A DNA stretch of 64,000 nt from assembly GCA_964472655.1 (NCBI GenBank), contig CAYYLQ010000011.1, forward strand, positions 11,227-75,226, written 5' to 3'. A program made the position numbers and the translations under genes. This DNA comes from an uncultured Nitrospirales bacterium (GTDB lineage Bacteria > Nitrospirota > Nitrospiria > Nitrospirales > NS-4). Shown here piece after piece: positions 29,442 to 38,236 of the stretch (positions within the stretch are counted from its first letter, which is position 1; each line of letters opens with the position of its first letter). The notes below the pieces were generated by a model. The model was not told the DNA's origin. It saw nothing but the letters and a program-made list of their open reading frames with translations, and did no database searches.

Positions 29442-29540
29442 GGCAGTGTCGCCTCCTTTTTGAATTCAGCAGCCGTGACCGACTTCTTGTTACCGGCGAC
29501 ACCATCGTCCTCCCCGCACTCCATTGTGCGAGCAACACGC

Positions 29541-31283
29541 TCAATAACTGCGATAGCGATTCGTGATCGGCATGCGCCGATCCTTCCCCAGCGCCCGGTG
29601 CGTGATCTTGACGCCCGGCGGCGACTGGCGGCGCTTGTATTCGCTGCCGTCCACCAATGCCATGACTTTTTCGATCGTCTGCCGGCCAAATCCGGCGGCG
29701 AGTAGATCGGTCTTCCCTTGATCCTCTTCGACATACCCGCGAATAATCGGATCCAGCACCTCATACGGCGGCAGGGAATCTTGATCCTTCTGGTTAGGAC
29801 GCAACTCGGCCGTCGGCGGACGGGTAAAGACCCGCTTGGGAATCACGGGGCCGGCCTCACGCCCGTTCCGCCACCGGGCGAGTTCGTAGACCAATGTCTT
29901 GGGTACGTCCTTGATAGCCGCGAATCCGCCGGCCATATCGCCGTACAGCGTGGCGTACCCGACGCTCATTTCGCTCTTGTTCCCTGTCGTCAGGACGAGC
30001 CACCCGTATTTGTTGGACAATGCCATCAAGAGATTCCCGCGAATTCTCGCTTGCAGGTTTTCCTCGGTCACGTCCGGATTCCGCCCTTTGAAAACGGACG
30101 CCAACAGCGTGGTGTAGGCATGAAAAACCGGTGTAATGGGCAAACTATGGAACCGGATCCCAAGATGGCGGGCCAAGGCGAGAGCATCCTCACGGCTCTC
30201 TATGGAAGAGTAAGGAGACGGCATGAACACGCCGACGACATTGCGCGCGCCCAATGCATCCACGGCAAGGACGGCGGTCAACGCCGAGTCTATACCTCCG
30301 CTCAGCCCCAACACCGCCTTCTGGAACCCATTTTTTCTGGCATAATCGCTGATACCCAGCACGAGCGCCTTATAGACTTCCTCTAAAGGAGACGGCACGG
30401 CAGGAATGCCTCCATGCACCAGACTGCGGCGCACAGGACGGTACCGCGAGGAGACGACGACCCTGTCGACGACAACCCCCTTGCGTTCGAGAAGCCGCCG
30501 ATCGCGCCTCCGGCGCGTGTCATGCAAGCGGGCGCGCGATACGGCGTCGACATCCACATCGGCGACCACCAGGTCCTCCTCAAACGCCCGGCCACGCGCA
30601 ACGATGCCGCCGCTTTGATCCACCACCAGGCTGTTTCCGTCGAACACCAGCTCGTCTTGTCCTCCAACCAGGTTGGCGTACACCACCACCACCAGATTGT
30701 CCATGGCGCGGGTGGCCAGCATCTCCTCTCGAACGCGCAGTTTGCCCCTATGGTAGGGCGACGCGCTGATGTTGATGATCACCTCCGCGTCCCCGACCAG
30801 CGATTGTACGCGTGTCGGGCCTTCCGGGAACCAGATGTCTTCACAAATGTTAAAGCCGATGGTGACGCCGTTCAGAACGACCGTAGTCGATCGGGTGCCG
30901 GCCTGGAAGTAGCGATTCTCATCGAAAACCCCGTAGTTCGGAAGATAGGTCTTGCGCTGCGTGGCCACGACCCGTCCGCCGTAAATGAATGCCGCGGCGT
31001 TATACACGTCGTCGTGGCGGTCGACGAAGCCCACTACGGCGGCAATCCCCTTCTTCACCTTTCGGGCGGTCCGTTCCAAAACGGCGAGGTTGTCGGCAAT
31101 GAATTGGGAGCGTAACAGGAGGTCTTCCGGAGGATATCCCGTCAATGTCAACTCGGGAAACACGACCAGGTCGGCGCCTGCCTCGCGGGCCACGGAAACC
31201 CCCCGAAGCACGCGCGCCGCATTTCCGTCAAGATCACCGACGGTCGTGTTGATCTGGGCCAGAGCGATCCGCAATAACCTCAT
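29541..31283 (-). CDS. nadE: Glutamine-dependent NAD+ synthetase (CN-hydrolase + NAD synthetase domains)
   Basis: 580 aa. N-terminal nitrilase-like domain (FPELTLTGYPPEDL, ICEDIW) and a C-terminal ATP-PPase domain (GLSGGIDSA). Confidence 0.95.
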   Translation of the reverse strand: MRLLRIALAQINTTVGDLDGNAARVLRGVSVAREAGADLVVFPELTLTGYPPEDLLLRSQFIADNLAVLERTARKVKKGIAAVVGFVDRHDDVYNAAAFIYGGRVVATQRKTYLPNYGVFDENRYFQAGTRSTTVVLNGVTIGFNICEDIWFPEGPTRVQSLVGDAEVIINISASPYHRGKLRVREEMLATRAMDNLVVVVYANLVGGQDELVFDGNSLVVDQSGGIVARGRAFEEDLVVADVDVDAVSRARLHDTRRRRDRRLLERKGVVVDRVVVSSRYRPVRRSLVHGGIPAVPSPLEEVYKALVLGISDYARKNGFQKAVLGLSGGIDSALTAVLAVDALGARNVVGVFMPSPYSSIESREDALALARHLGIRFHSLPITPVFHAYTTLLASVFKGRNPDVTEENLQARIRGNLLMALSNKYGWLVLTTGNKSEMSVGYATLYGDMAGGFAAIKDVPKTLVYELARWRNGREAGPVIPKRVFTRPPTAELRPNQKDQDSLPPYEVLDPIIRGYVEEDQGKTDLLAAGFGRQTIEKVMALVDGSEYKRRQSPPGVKITHRALGKDRRMPITNRYRSY

Positions 31284-31298
31284 CGCGTCATATCACCC

Positions 31299-31352
31299 TC
31301 AACAAAACGTCCTCTCGCCGCCTATCCCAAAGAGGAAACAGCAAGAGGACGT
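31299..31352 (-). terminator. Terminator/attenuator-like hairpin just upstream of nadE
   Basis: Minus-strand RNA: a 9-bp stem acguccucu / agaggacgu around a 28-nt loop, followed by UUUGUUG, about 20 nt before the nadE ATG. Confidence 0.35.
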
Positions 31353-31372
31353 CATCGTCCACAAACAGAAGC

Positions 31373-31434
31373 GGCGTCTTTCCCCTTAAAGGCTAGGAGC
31401 CACCTTTTCTTGTGCTCCTAAAGGGAAAGACGCC
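31373..31434 (-). repeat. Long imperfect inverted repeat (about 21 bp in two helices) in the cusA-nadE spacer
   Basis: ggcgtctttcccctt pairs with aagggaaagacgcc (15 bp, one G-U). An inner helix taggagc/gctccta surrounds a 13-nt loop. One arm carries a 7-nt bulge. Confidence 0.6.
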
Positions 31435-31473
31435 GTCGTCAGCTAGCACAACAACGTGCTATGGTGTGCGTTA

Positions 31474-31496
31474 TAGCAAAAGCCCCTTGGGGCTGT
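31474..31496 (-). terminator. Small intrinsic terminator candidate downstream of the RND pump gene
   Basis: Minus-strand RNA: AGCCC-CAAG-GGGCU followed by UUUGCUAUAA, about 140 nt after the stop at 31633. Confidence 0.4.
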
Positions 31497-31632
31497 CAAT
31501 AGATTTCTGGTCCCTGGGCATCAGCCAATTCTGCACCCTGGTATCAATCTGGATTCTAATATCGGATCAAGAGCTTGCAGCATTTTTGATCGCACGCCGA
31601 GAAACCTGCCCTGGCGCCTTTGCCTACGACTA

Positions 31633-34600
31633 TTACCTCTGGAACCGCTTGATTGCTCTCCAACGCCACATTGCGTAGAGCACAGGGATCACTAGCAGCG
31701 TGAGGATGGTCGCGCTGACCATGCCGCCGATCATCGGCGCCGCGATGCGCTTCATCACGTCCGCGCCGGTGCCTGTGGTCCACATGATCGGCAGCAGTCC
31801 GCCCATGATCGCCGCCACGGTCATGATCACGGGCCGCACTCGTTGCACGGCGCCTTCCAGGATGGCCTCGCGCAGGTCTTGCGGCGTGGTCATCCGGCCT
31901 TCGCGCACGCGCCGTTCATACGCCTCGTCCAGGTACACCAACATGACGACGCCGGTTTCCGCCGCCACGCCGGCGAGCGCAATGATGCCTACCCAGACCG
32001 CCACGCTCAGGTTGTAGCCCAGTAGGTATAGCAGCCAAACGGCCCCGATCACGGCAAACGGAACCGACAGGAGCACGATCAGCGACTTCGCGAGGGACCG
32101 AAAATTCAGATACAGGAGCAACACGATCAGACCCAGCGTCACAGGCACCACGAGCTTCATCCGTTCTTCAGCCCGGACGAGATGCTCGTACTGTCCCGTC
32201 CATTTGAGCGTGTACCCTGCCGGAAGCGTGACTCGTTCCCCGACGGCCCGCCGGGCGTCTTCCACATAGCTCCGCAGGTCCCGCCCGATAACCGAAACCG
32301 ACACCAAGCCGGCCAGCGCTCCGCTTTCGTCGGAGATGGAGGACGGCCCTTTCGTCCGCACCACGTCGGCCACCTGTTTGAGCGGGACTTGCGCCCCCGA
32401 AGGGGTTGGGATCAGCACACGCTGGAACCGCGTCGGGTCGTCTCGCAGCTCGCGCTTGTAGCGGACACTCACGGTGTACCGCTCGCGTCCTTCGACGGTC
32501 GTCGTCACCGGTTCGCCGCCGATGGCCGAGGTGATGACGGCCTGTACGTCGCCGACCGTCAGGCCATAGCGGGCCGCTTCACGCCGGTTTACGATCACGT
32601 CCAGGTAGTACCCCTCGTTCAACCGCTCCGCAAACGCGCTGCGCGTGCCGGACACGGAGGCCAGCACCTGCTCGATCTGTTTCCCGATGTCTTCGATGGT
32701 CTTCAGGTCGGGTCCCAGCACCTTGACGCCGACCGGACTTCGCACGCCGGTCGTGATCATCTCGGTGCGGGTCTGGATCGGCATCCACCAGATATTGGGA
32801 AAGCCTGGAATCCTCAGCTTCGCGTCCATCTCGTCGAGCAGCCGGTCCCAGGTCATGCCGAGTCGCCACTGCGTCTCCGGCTTGAGCGTCACCGTGATTT
32901 CCGCCATGCCGGTGAAGGCGGGATCCGTGGCGGTCTGCGCCTTGCCCATCTTGCCGAACACCCGCTCGACTTCCGGGAACTCTTTGAGCAAGCGGTCCTG
33001 CACCTGCAGGACCTTGACGGACTCCGGGATCGAAAGGCCCGGGACCGTGGTCGGCATGTACAGGATCGTGCCTTCATCCAGCGGCGGCATGAACTCCGCC
33101 CCTAATCGGGTGAACACCGGCACGGTCGCCGCGAGGGCGCCCAGCGCCGCGAGCACCGTGAGCCACCGGACGCGCAGCACACCGGACAAGATGGGTCGGT
33201 AGAGCGTGATCAACAGCCAATTCAACGGATTCCGCGTTTCCGCCCTGATGCGGCCGCGGATCAGGCCGATCATCAGCACCGGGGCCAGCGTGACCGAGAG
33301 CGCCGTGGCAAACACCATGGAAAAGGTCTTGGTGTAGGCCAAGGGCGCGAACAAGCGCCCCTCCTGAGCTTCCAAAGCAAAGATCGGCAGGAACGACACG
33401 GCAATTATCAATAACGAGAAGAATAAGGGGCGGCCGACCCCCTTCGCGGCGGCGATGATGGTTTCAATCCGGTCGGCTCCGGGGTTTTGCTCCAGCCGCT
33501 TGTGGGCGTTTTCAACCATGACGATGGCGGCGTCCACCATGGCCCCGATGGCGATGGCGATCCCGCCGAGGGACATGATGTTCGAGGTCACCTTCAGATA
33601 GGCCATTGGGATGAACGAGAGCAGGACCGCAACCGGCAACACCAAAATCGCCACGAGGGCGCTCCGGAAGTGAAAAAGGAACACCACCGTCACGAGGCTG
33701 ACGATGAGACTCTCCTCCACCAGTTTCTCGCGCAGCACCGCGATGGCCCGCAGAATGAGATCCGAACGGTCGTAGGTGGGGACGATGCGAACACCGGGCG
33801 GCAATGAGGTCTTGACCTCCTCCAGTTTGGCCTTCACCCGGTTGATCACATTGAGGGCGTTCTCCCCGAATCGCATGACCACGATGCCCCCGACGGTCTG
33901 CCCCTTCCCATCCAACTCGGCGATGCCCCTCCGCTGGTCCGGCCCCAGTTGCACGCGCCCGATGTCACGAATCAGGATCGGCGTGCCCCGTCGATCCACC
34001 CCGACTGGGATCGTCTCGATGTCCTCCACGGAGCGCAGGTAGCCACGGCCCCTGACGACATACTCCGTGCCGGCCATCTCCAACACGCGGGCCCCAACTT
34101 CCGCATTGCTGTTGCGGACAGCCTCAATCACGGTCTTGATCGGCATGCGATACGCGGCCAGCGTATTCGGGTCCACCTCGATCTGATACTGCTTGACGAA
34201 GCCGCCCACAGACGCGACCTCGGCCACGCCGGGCACGCTCTCCAGTTCGTAGCGCAGATACCAGTCCTGGAGGCTCCGGAGCTGCGCCAGATCATGCCGG
34301 CCGGACTCGTCCACCAGGGCATACTGATAGACCCATCCCACGCCCGTGGCATCCGGGCCCAACGTCGGCGTCACGCCCTCCGGGAGCTTCCCGGCCAGCT
34401 TCTGCATGTATTCCAGGACGCGGCTGCGCGCCCAGTAGAGGTCGGTCTGGTCCTGGAAGATCACATACACGTAGGAGAACCCGTATTCCGACGCACCCCG
34501 GACCAATTTGACCTGCGGCGCGGCCAGCATTGAGGTCACGATTGGATAGGTGATCTGATCTTCGACCAAGGTCGGGCTGCGGCCTGGCCACTCGGTGTAG

Positions 34601-34746
34601 ATGATCACCTGGACATCCGAGAGGTCCGGGATCGCATCCAGCGGGACTGCAAACACCGCCCACACTCCGCTGGCAGCCAGCAACAACACAAAGAGGATCA
34701 CTAGAAATGGGTTGCGGGCGCTCGTTTCGATGAGTCGTGTGATCAT
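31633..34746 (-). CDS. Heavy-metal efflux RND pump (HME-RND, CusA/CzcA family)
   Basis: 1037 aa with a 12-TM RND architecture. N-terminus MITRLIETSARNPFLVILFVLLLAASG typical of CusA/CzcA. Operon with an adaptor and a TolC-like gene. Confidence 0.9.
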   Translation of the reverse strand: MITRLIETSARNPFLVILFVLLLAASGVWAVFAVPLDAIPDLSDVQVIIYTEWPGRSPTLVEDQITYPIVTSMLAAPQVKLVRGASEYGFSYVYVIFQDQTDLYWARSRVLEYMQKLAGKLPEGVTPTLGPDATGVGWVYQYALVDESGRHDLAQLRSLQDWYLRYELESVPGVAEVASVGGFVKQYQIEVDPNTLAAYRMPIKTVIEAVRNSNAEVGARVLEMAGTEYVVRGRGYLRSVEDIETIPVGVDRRGTPILIRDIGRVQLGPDQRRGIAELDGKGQTVGGIVVMRFGENALNVINRVKAKLEEVKTSLPPGVRIVPTYDRSDLILRAIAVLREKLVEESLIVSLVTVVFLFHFRSALVAILVLPVAVLLSFIPMAYLKVTSNIMSLGGIAIAIGAMVDAAIVMVENAHKRLEQNPGADRIETIIAAAKGVGRPLFFSLLIIAVSFLPIFALEAQEGRLFAPLAYTKTFSMVFATALSVTLAPVLMIGLIRGRIRAETRNPLNWLLITLYRPILSGVLRVRWLTVLAALGALAATVPVFTRLGAEFMPPLDEGTILYMPTTVPGLSIPESVKVLQVQDRLLKEFPEVERVFGKMGKAQTATDPAFTGMAEITVTLKPETQWRLGMTWDRLLDEMDAKLRIPGFPNIWWMPIQTRTEMITTGVRSPVGVKVLGPDLKTIEDIGKQIEQVLASVSGTRSAFAERLNEGYYLDVIVNRREAARYGLTVGDVQAVITSAIGGEPVTTTVEGRERYTVSVRYKRELRDDPTRFQRVLIPTPSGAQVPLKQVADVVRTKGPSSISDESGALAGLVSVSVIGRDLRSYVEDARRAVGERVTLPAGYTLKWTGQYEHLVRAEERMKLVVPVTLGLIVLLLYLNFRSLAKSLIVLLSVPFAVIGAVWLLYLLGYNLSVAVWVGIIALAGVAAETGVVMLVYLDEAYERRVREGRMTTPQDLREAILEGAVQRVRPVIMTVAAIMGGLLPIMWTTGTGADVMKRIAAPMIGGMVSATILTLLVIPVLYAMWRWRAIKRFQR

Positions 34747-34749
34747 GAC

Positions 34750-36420
34750 TTACATGCCCATGCCGCCGACCTGCAGCCGAAACTTCTCGCTGATGGACGG
34801 CTTTCCAGGAATCGTCACGTTCGCGGTCACGTCCCATGTGCCGCCCATCCCGAGCATCGCCTTGCCTTCATAGACGCCGTCCTTGGTATGCGCCGCCTGC
34901 GCTTTGGAGTCGATCATTCCAGGCATCGGCATGGTGTAAACGAACAGCACCTGCGCATTCGTCACTGGCTTGCCAGCCTGGTCCGTCACCTTCAGGCGCA
35001 GCACATTCTCGCCCGCTTTCGGCACCTCCGACGCCGTACTCAGGGTTAACACATAACCGGACACCTTCAGCGTCTCAGAGACCAACTTGGCCGGAGTGGA
35101 CATGCCGGGCATATCTTTCATGCCTTCCATACCCTGCATTCCCTCCATGCCTTCCATCTTTTTCTCGTAGGCGCCGCGCATCTGCCAGTCAGCCATCCCC
35201 AGTTGGCCCATCATGGCCTGCATGCTTCCGGCGGAGGCGAGCTTGCTCTCGGCATCCAGCAGGAAATTGGCCGAGGTCACGACCCGGTCTCCCTCCTTGA
35301 CGCCTTCCAGGACTTCGATTCGGTCCTGGCCTTGACGACCCAACTTGACTGGCGTTGGCATGTAGATCCCTTGCCCGAGATCACGGAACACCAGTTGCCG
35401 AAGACCAGTATCCAGCACGGCCTCCTTCGGCACGGCGAGCCGCTTCTGCGTATCGATCTGCAACGTGACCGTGCCGTACATGCCCGGCTTCAGTTTCAGC
35501 CCTGGATTGGGGAATTCCACCCGCACGCGGACTGTCCGTGCCTGTTCGTTCAAGTAGGGATAGATGTAGATCACCTTTCCCCGGAAGGTTTCCCCCGGGT
35601 AGGCTTCGAAAGTGACCGCGGCTGGTTGGTTGAGCTTCACCGAGGGCATCTCATATTCGTAGACGTCGGCAGCGATCCAGACGGTCGAGAGATCAGCCAA
35701 CTCATAGAGCGTCGTATTGGGTTCAACATATTTGCCTGGGAGTGCTTCACGCTTGAGCACAATCCCTCTGGACGGCGCATACACAGTGAGGACCGGCTCC
35801 GCTTTCACACGACGCTCGAGGGCCGCGATCTGTTCATCGGTCAAATTCCAGAGTTTGAGCCGTTCCCGGGCGCTGGCCACCAGCACAGCCGCACCTTCTT
35901 TGGCTTCGGGTACCGGACTGCCGCTGACCTGAGCCTGCACTTTCAACGCCAACAAGTATTCATCCTGTGTCGCCAATAGATCAGGAGAATAGAGGGTAAA
36001 GAGCGGTTCGCCCTTGCGGACCGGCCTCCCGACTGAATCGACAAACACCTCTTGGATCCAGCCAAGGACTCGCAAGTTCACATGCGTGAGTTTCCGCTCG
36101 TCGTAGTCCACAATCCCGACCGCCCGGATCTCTTGCTGCAAAGAGGCGTACCCGACCGGCGCGCTGCGGACTCCGATCAACTGGCGGGTGCCTGCCGGAA
36201 TGGCGATCGCCCCCGGCGGCGCCGCTGGCATGCCTTTCATTCCCTGCATGCCTTTCATGTCCATTTCTTTCCTGGGCATGTCCTTCATAGGCGTCTGCTT
36301 TATGCCGGACATGTCGCCCATCATCATTTGGGCCGCCCAGAAGCCACTGACAACTCCGACAAGCACACCGGCCATAGCGACACTGATCAGCGCGATTCTC
36401 CATCTGATTACTGTATTCAT
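34750..36420 (-). CDS. RND periplasmic adaptor (CusB/CzcB-like) with Met-rich segments and an extra C-terminal beta-sandwich-like domain
   Basis: ATG 36420 is preceded by AAGGAGGAA. HlyD/MFP core present. Met-rich stretches MMMGDMSGIKQTPMKDMPRKEMDMKGMQGMKGMP and MEGMEGMQGMEGMKDMPGM. C-terminal about 100 aa look YtkA/FixH-like and end GGMGM. Confidence 0.85.
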   Translation of the reverse strand: MNTVIRWRIALISVAMAGVLVGVVSGFWAAQMMMGDMSGIKQTPMKDMPRKEMDMKGMQGMKGMPAAPPGAIAIPAGTRQLIGVRSAPVGYASLQQEIRAVGIVDYDERKLTHVNLRVLGWIQEVFVDSVGRPVRKGEPLFTLYSPDLLATQDEYLLALKVQAQVSGSPVPEAKEGAAVLVASARERLKLWNLTDEQIAALERRVKAEPVLTVYAPSRGIVLKREALPGKYVEPNTTLYELADLSTVWIAADVYEYEMPSVKLNQPAAVTFEAYPGETFRGKVIYIYPYLNEQARTVRVRVEFPNPGLKLKPGMYGTVTLQIDTQKRLAVPKEAVLDTGLRQLVFRDLGQGIYMPTPVKLGRQGQDRIEVLEGVKEGDRVVTSANFLLDAESKLASAGSMQAMMGQLGMADWQMRGAYEKKMEGMEGMQGMEGMKDMPGMSTPAKLVSETLKVSGYVLTLSTASEVPKAGENVLRLKVTDQAGKPVTNAQVLFVYTMPMPGMIDSKAQAAHTKDGVYEGKAMLGMGGTWDVTANVTIPGKPSISEKFRLQVGGMGM

Positions 36421-36434
36421 CGGTTGTTCCTCCT

Positions 36435-37715
36435 TCACGGACGTCCACTCAGATCCACACCGACCGCTCGCTCGAGCTCGGCCATCCGCTGTTCGGATTC
36501 GGTCAACGCCCGGTAATAGGCGAGTTGAAAGTCTTTGATCACCCGCTCGGCGTCCAGCAAGGTCAGAAACTCCGCCTTGCTCGTCTGGTAGCCGATCCGA
36601 GCGGACTCGAGTGTCTGCTGCGCCTGCGGCAGTACGGTGGTTTTGTAGAGCATGACCATCTTCTCTGCCGCCTCGATCTTGGCCAGAAGATCCTTCACTT
36701 CGAAGAGGATCTGGTTCTGCAAGGCCTGAAAGGCCGCTCTGGCCGAATCCGCATTGGACGCCGCTTCCCGGATGCCCGCCTCATATTTGGGCTTGGTCCA
36801 GAAGGAAAACGGGAGGCTCATGGTGACCATCCCCCCAAAACCGTCCCGTGCGCCAAAATTTTGATACCGGTCGAAGCTCACGCTGAAATCCGGGTACAAC
36901 TGTTTGTGCGCCAGCGCCGTGGCCGTCTGGCTCTTGGCAATGTCGAGGTCCAAGACTCGCAACTCGGGACGGTTCAGCATCGCCCGTTGGTACAGCTCGT
37001 CGAGCGTCAGCCGCGTCTTGTTCGCGTCGGGTCCGGCCGGCTCGACGGGCTCGCCGAGCGGAGTCTCGGGGGCGTGCCCCAAGAAAAGGTTGAGCTTGGC
37101 CTTGGCGGTCTCGCGCTGCTGCTCCAACACCGGCAGCTCGTTGGACAGCTTCGACAGCTCCACCGTGGATTTAAGCACGTCTACCTGCGTCCCCTTCCCG
37201 GCCCGAAACCGCGCATTGGTGATTTCAAAGAATTCTTTCAAGAGATCGATCTGACGGTGGTGCACCTCGATCGCCTTGTGCGCGAGAAAAACCTCGTAGT
37301 AGGCGTTCTTGGCCTGCGCGGCCACTTCACGCTCCTTGGCGTTGAGCAGCGCAGCCGCCATCTCGGCCTCTTTGACCGCCAGGCTTTCCTTGAGGCCGCG
37401 CTTGCCAGGATAGGGGAAGCGCTGCGACAGGCCGAAGATCGTGTTGGCCGACGCGTCGGGGTAGAGCCGGTTGGGATAGTTGAACAGCTCGACCTTGAAC
37501 TCGGGATCGTCCAAAGACGCCACCTGTGGCGCACGCTCCTGGGCGGCTTTCCACCGATGCCGGGCCGCCTGGATCTCGGGATTCCGTTCGAGGGCCTCGG
37601 CAACTACAGCCTCAAGTTGGAGTGGTGGTTCGCCGACCGCCCCAGCAGAGGGAATGGGCCCGAATCCAATCGCTGAAAACACAAGTGCAATGAGCACACA
37701 ATGACGCACACACAT
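36435..37715 (-). CDS. TolC-family outer-membrane efflux protein (CusC/CzcC-like)
   Basis: ATG 37715 has GGAGG 6 nt upstream (the tracked TTG 37733 is less likely). Signal peptide present. Two OEP repeats. Confidence 0.85.
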   Translation of the reverse strand: MCVRHCVLIALVFSAIGFGPIPSAGAVGEPPLQLEAVVAEALERNPEIQAARHRWKAAQERAPQVASLDDPEFKVELFNYPNRLYPDASANTIFGLSQRFPYPGKRGLKESLAVKEAEMAAALLNAKEREVAAQAKNAYYEVFLAHKAIEVHHRQIDLLKEFFEITNARFRAGKGTQVDVLKSTVELSKLSNELPVLEQQRETAKAKLNLFLGHAPETPLGEPVEPAGPDANKTRLTLDELYQRAMLNRPELRVLDLDIAKSQTATALAHKQLYPDFSVSFDRYQNFGARDGFGGMVTMSLPFSFWTKPKYEAGIREAASNADSARAAFQALQNQILFEVKDLLAKIEAAEKMVMLYKTTVLPQAQQTLESARIGYQTSKAEFLTLLDAERVIKDFQLAYYRALTESEQRMAELERAVGVDLSGRP

Positions 37716-37787
37716 GGCCGACCTCCGAAGCAAAGAAGTCCACGAGGGCCCCTGCGGGACCCGGATAGAGTCAGCTTGTGCGGCGGA

Positions 37788-38141
37788 TCAGATGCGGAGG
37801 ATCGAAATCAGAGAGAGAGGGTCGCGGTCAAGAAAGGGAGGATTCCATGAGAAAGAATGCAGACGAGACAGAACCGACTCGGAAATCGGGATCGAAACCT
37901 GCTCGTCCACAACCACCTGCACGTGGCCATCAGGGAGCGGTTGGGCTGCAGAAAACGCCTGGACGACAAGAGCCTTAAAGGCATCGCAGGCGTCTCGGAC
38001 GGGCTGCTCCTTCGGCATCGTGCAGTCGCTTTTCTTCGCCACGTCCACGCCACCATACAACGGAAGCAAACAAGCATAGGCATTGAACGAGAGAGATAGA
38101 TAGAAGAGGGCTAAGGAGAGTGCGAGAAGCGAACGTCTCAT
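37788..38141 (-). CDS. Small exported Cys-containing protein heading the metal-efflux operon (hypothetical)
   Basis: ATG 38141 gives the signal MRRSLLALSLALFYLSLSFNAYA followed by C. Three Cys lie in the first 30 mature residues. No SD. Alternative starts 38171 and 38177. No family recognised. Confidence 0.45.
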   Translation of the reverse strand: MRRSLLALSLALFYLSLSFNAYACLLPLYGGVDVAKKSDCTMPKEQPVRDACDAFKALVVQAFSAAQPLPDGHVQVVVDEQVSIPISESVLSRLHSFSWNPPFLDRDPLSLISILRI

Positions 38142-38236
38142 ATTCGAAATCGTATCATGAACGAGCGTCATGCGCAAGTTATGAAGAAGAGTACGGTGGA
38201 CCTGCCACGTAAATCGCTGTTACGCCTTCATCGGCG

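Noticed and set aside
31284-31372. A NAD+ riboswitch (nadA or pnuC motif) upstream of nadE.
   Set aside because: No tandem bulged-stem domains with the conserved C-rich and G-rich internal loops were recognisable. It is kept only as a generic attenuator-like hairpin.
31412-31678. An 88-aa plus-strand ORF in the cusA-nadE spacer.
   Set aside because: It runs into the 3' end of the pump gene on the opposite strand and has no SD or motifs. The region is better explained by minus-strand hairpins.
38142-38236. An ANTAR-type leader directly downstream of the ANTAR gene, in front of the metal-efflux operon.
   Set aside because: Only a short hairpin with a 5-nt loop (gugg-CAGGU-ccac) is present. 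There are no paired A1/G4 hexaloops and no terminator.
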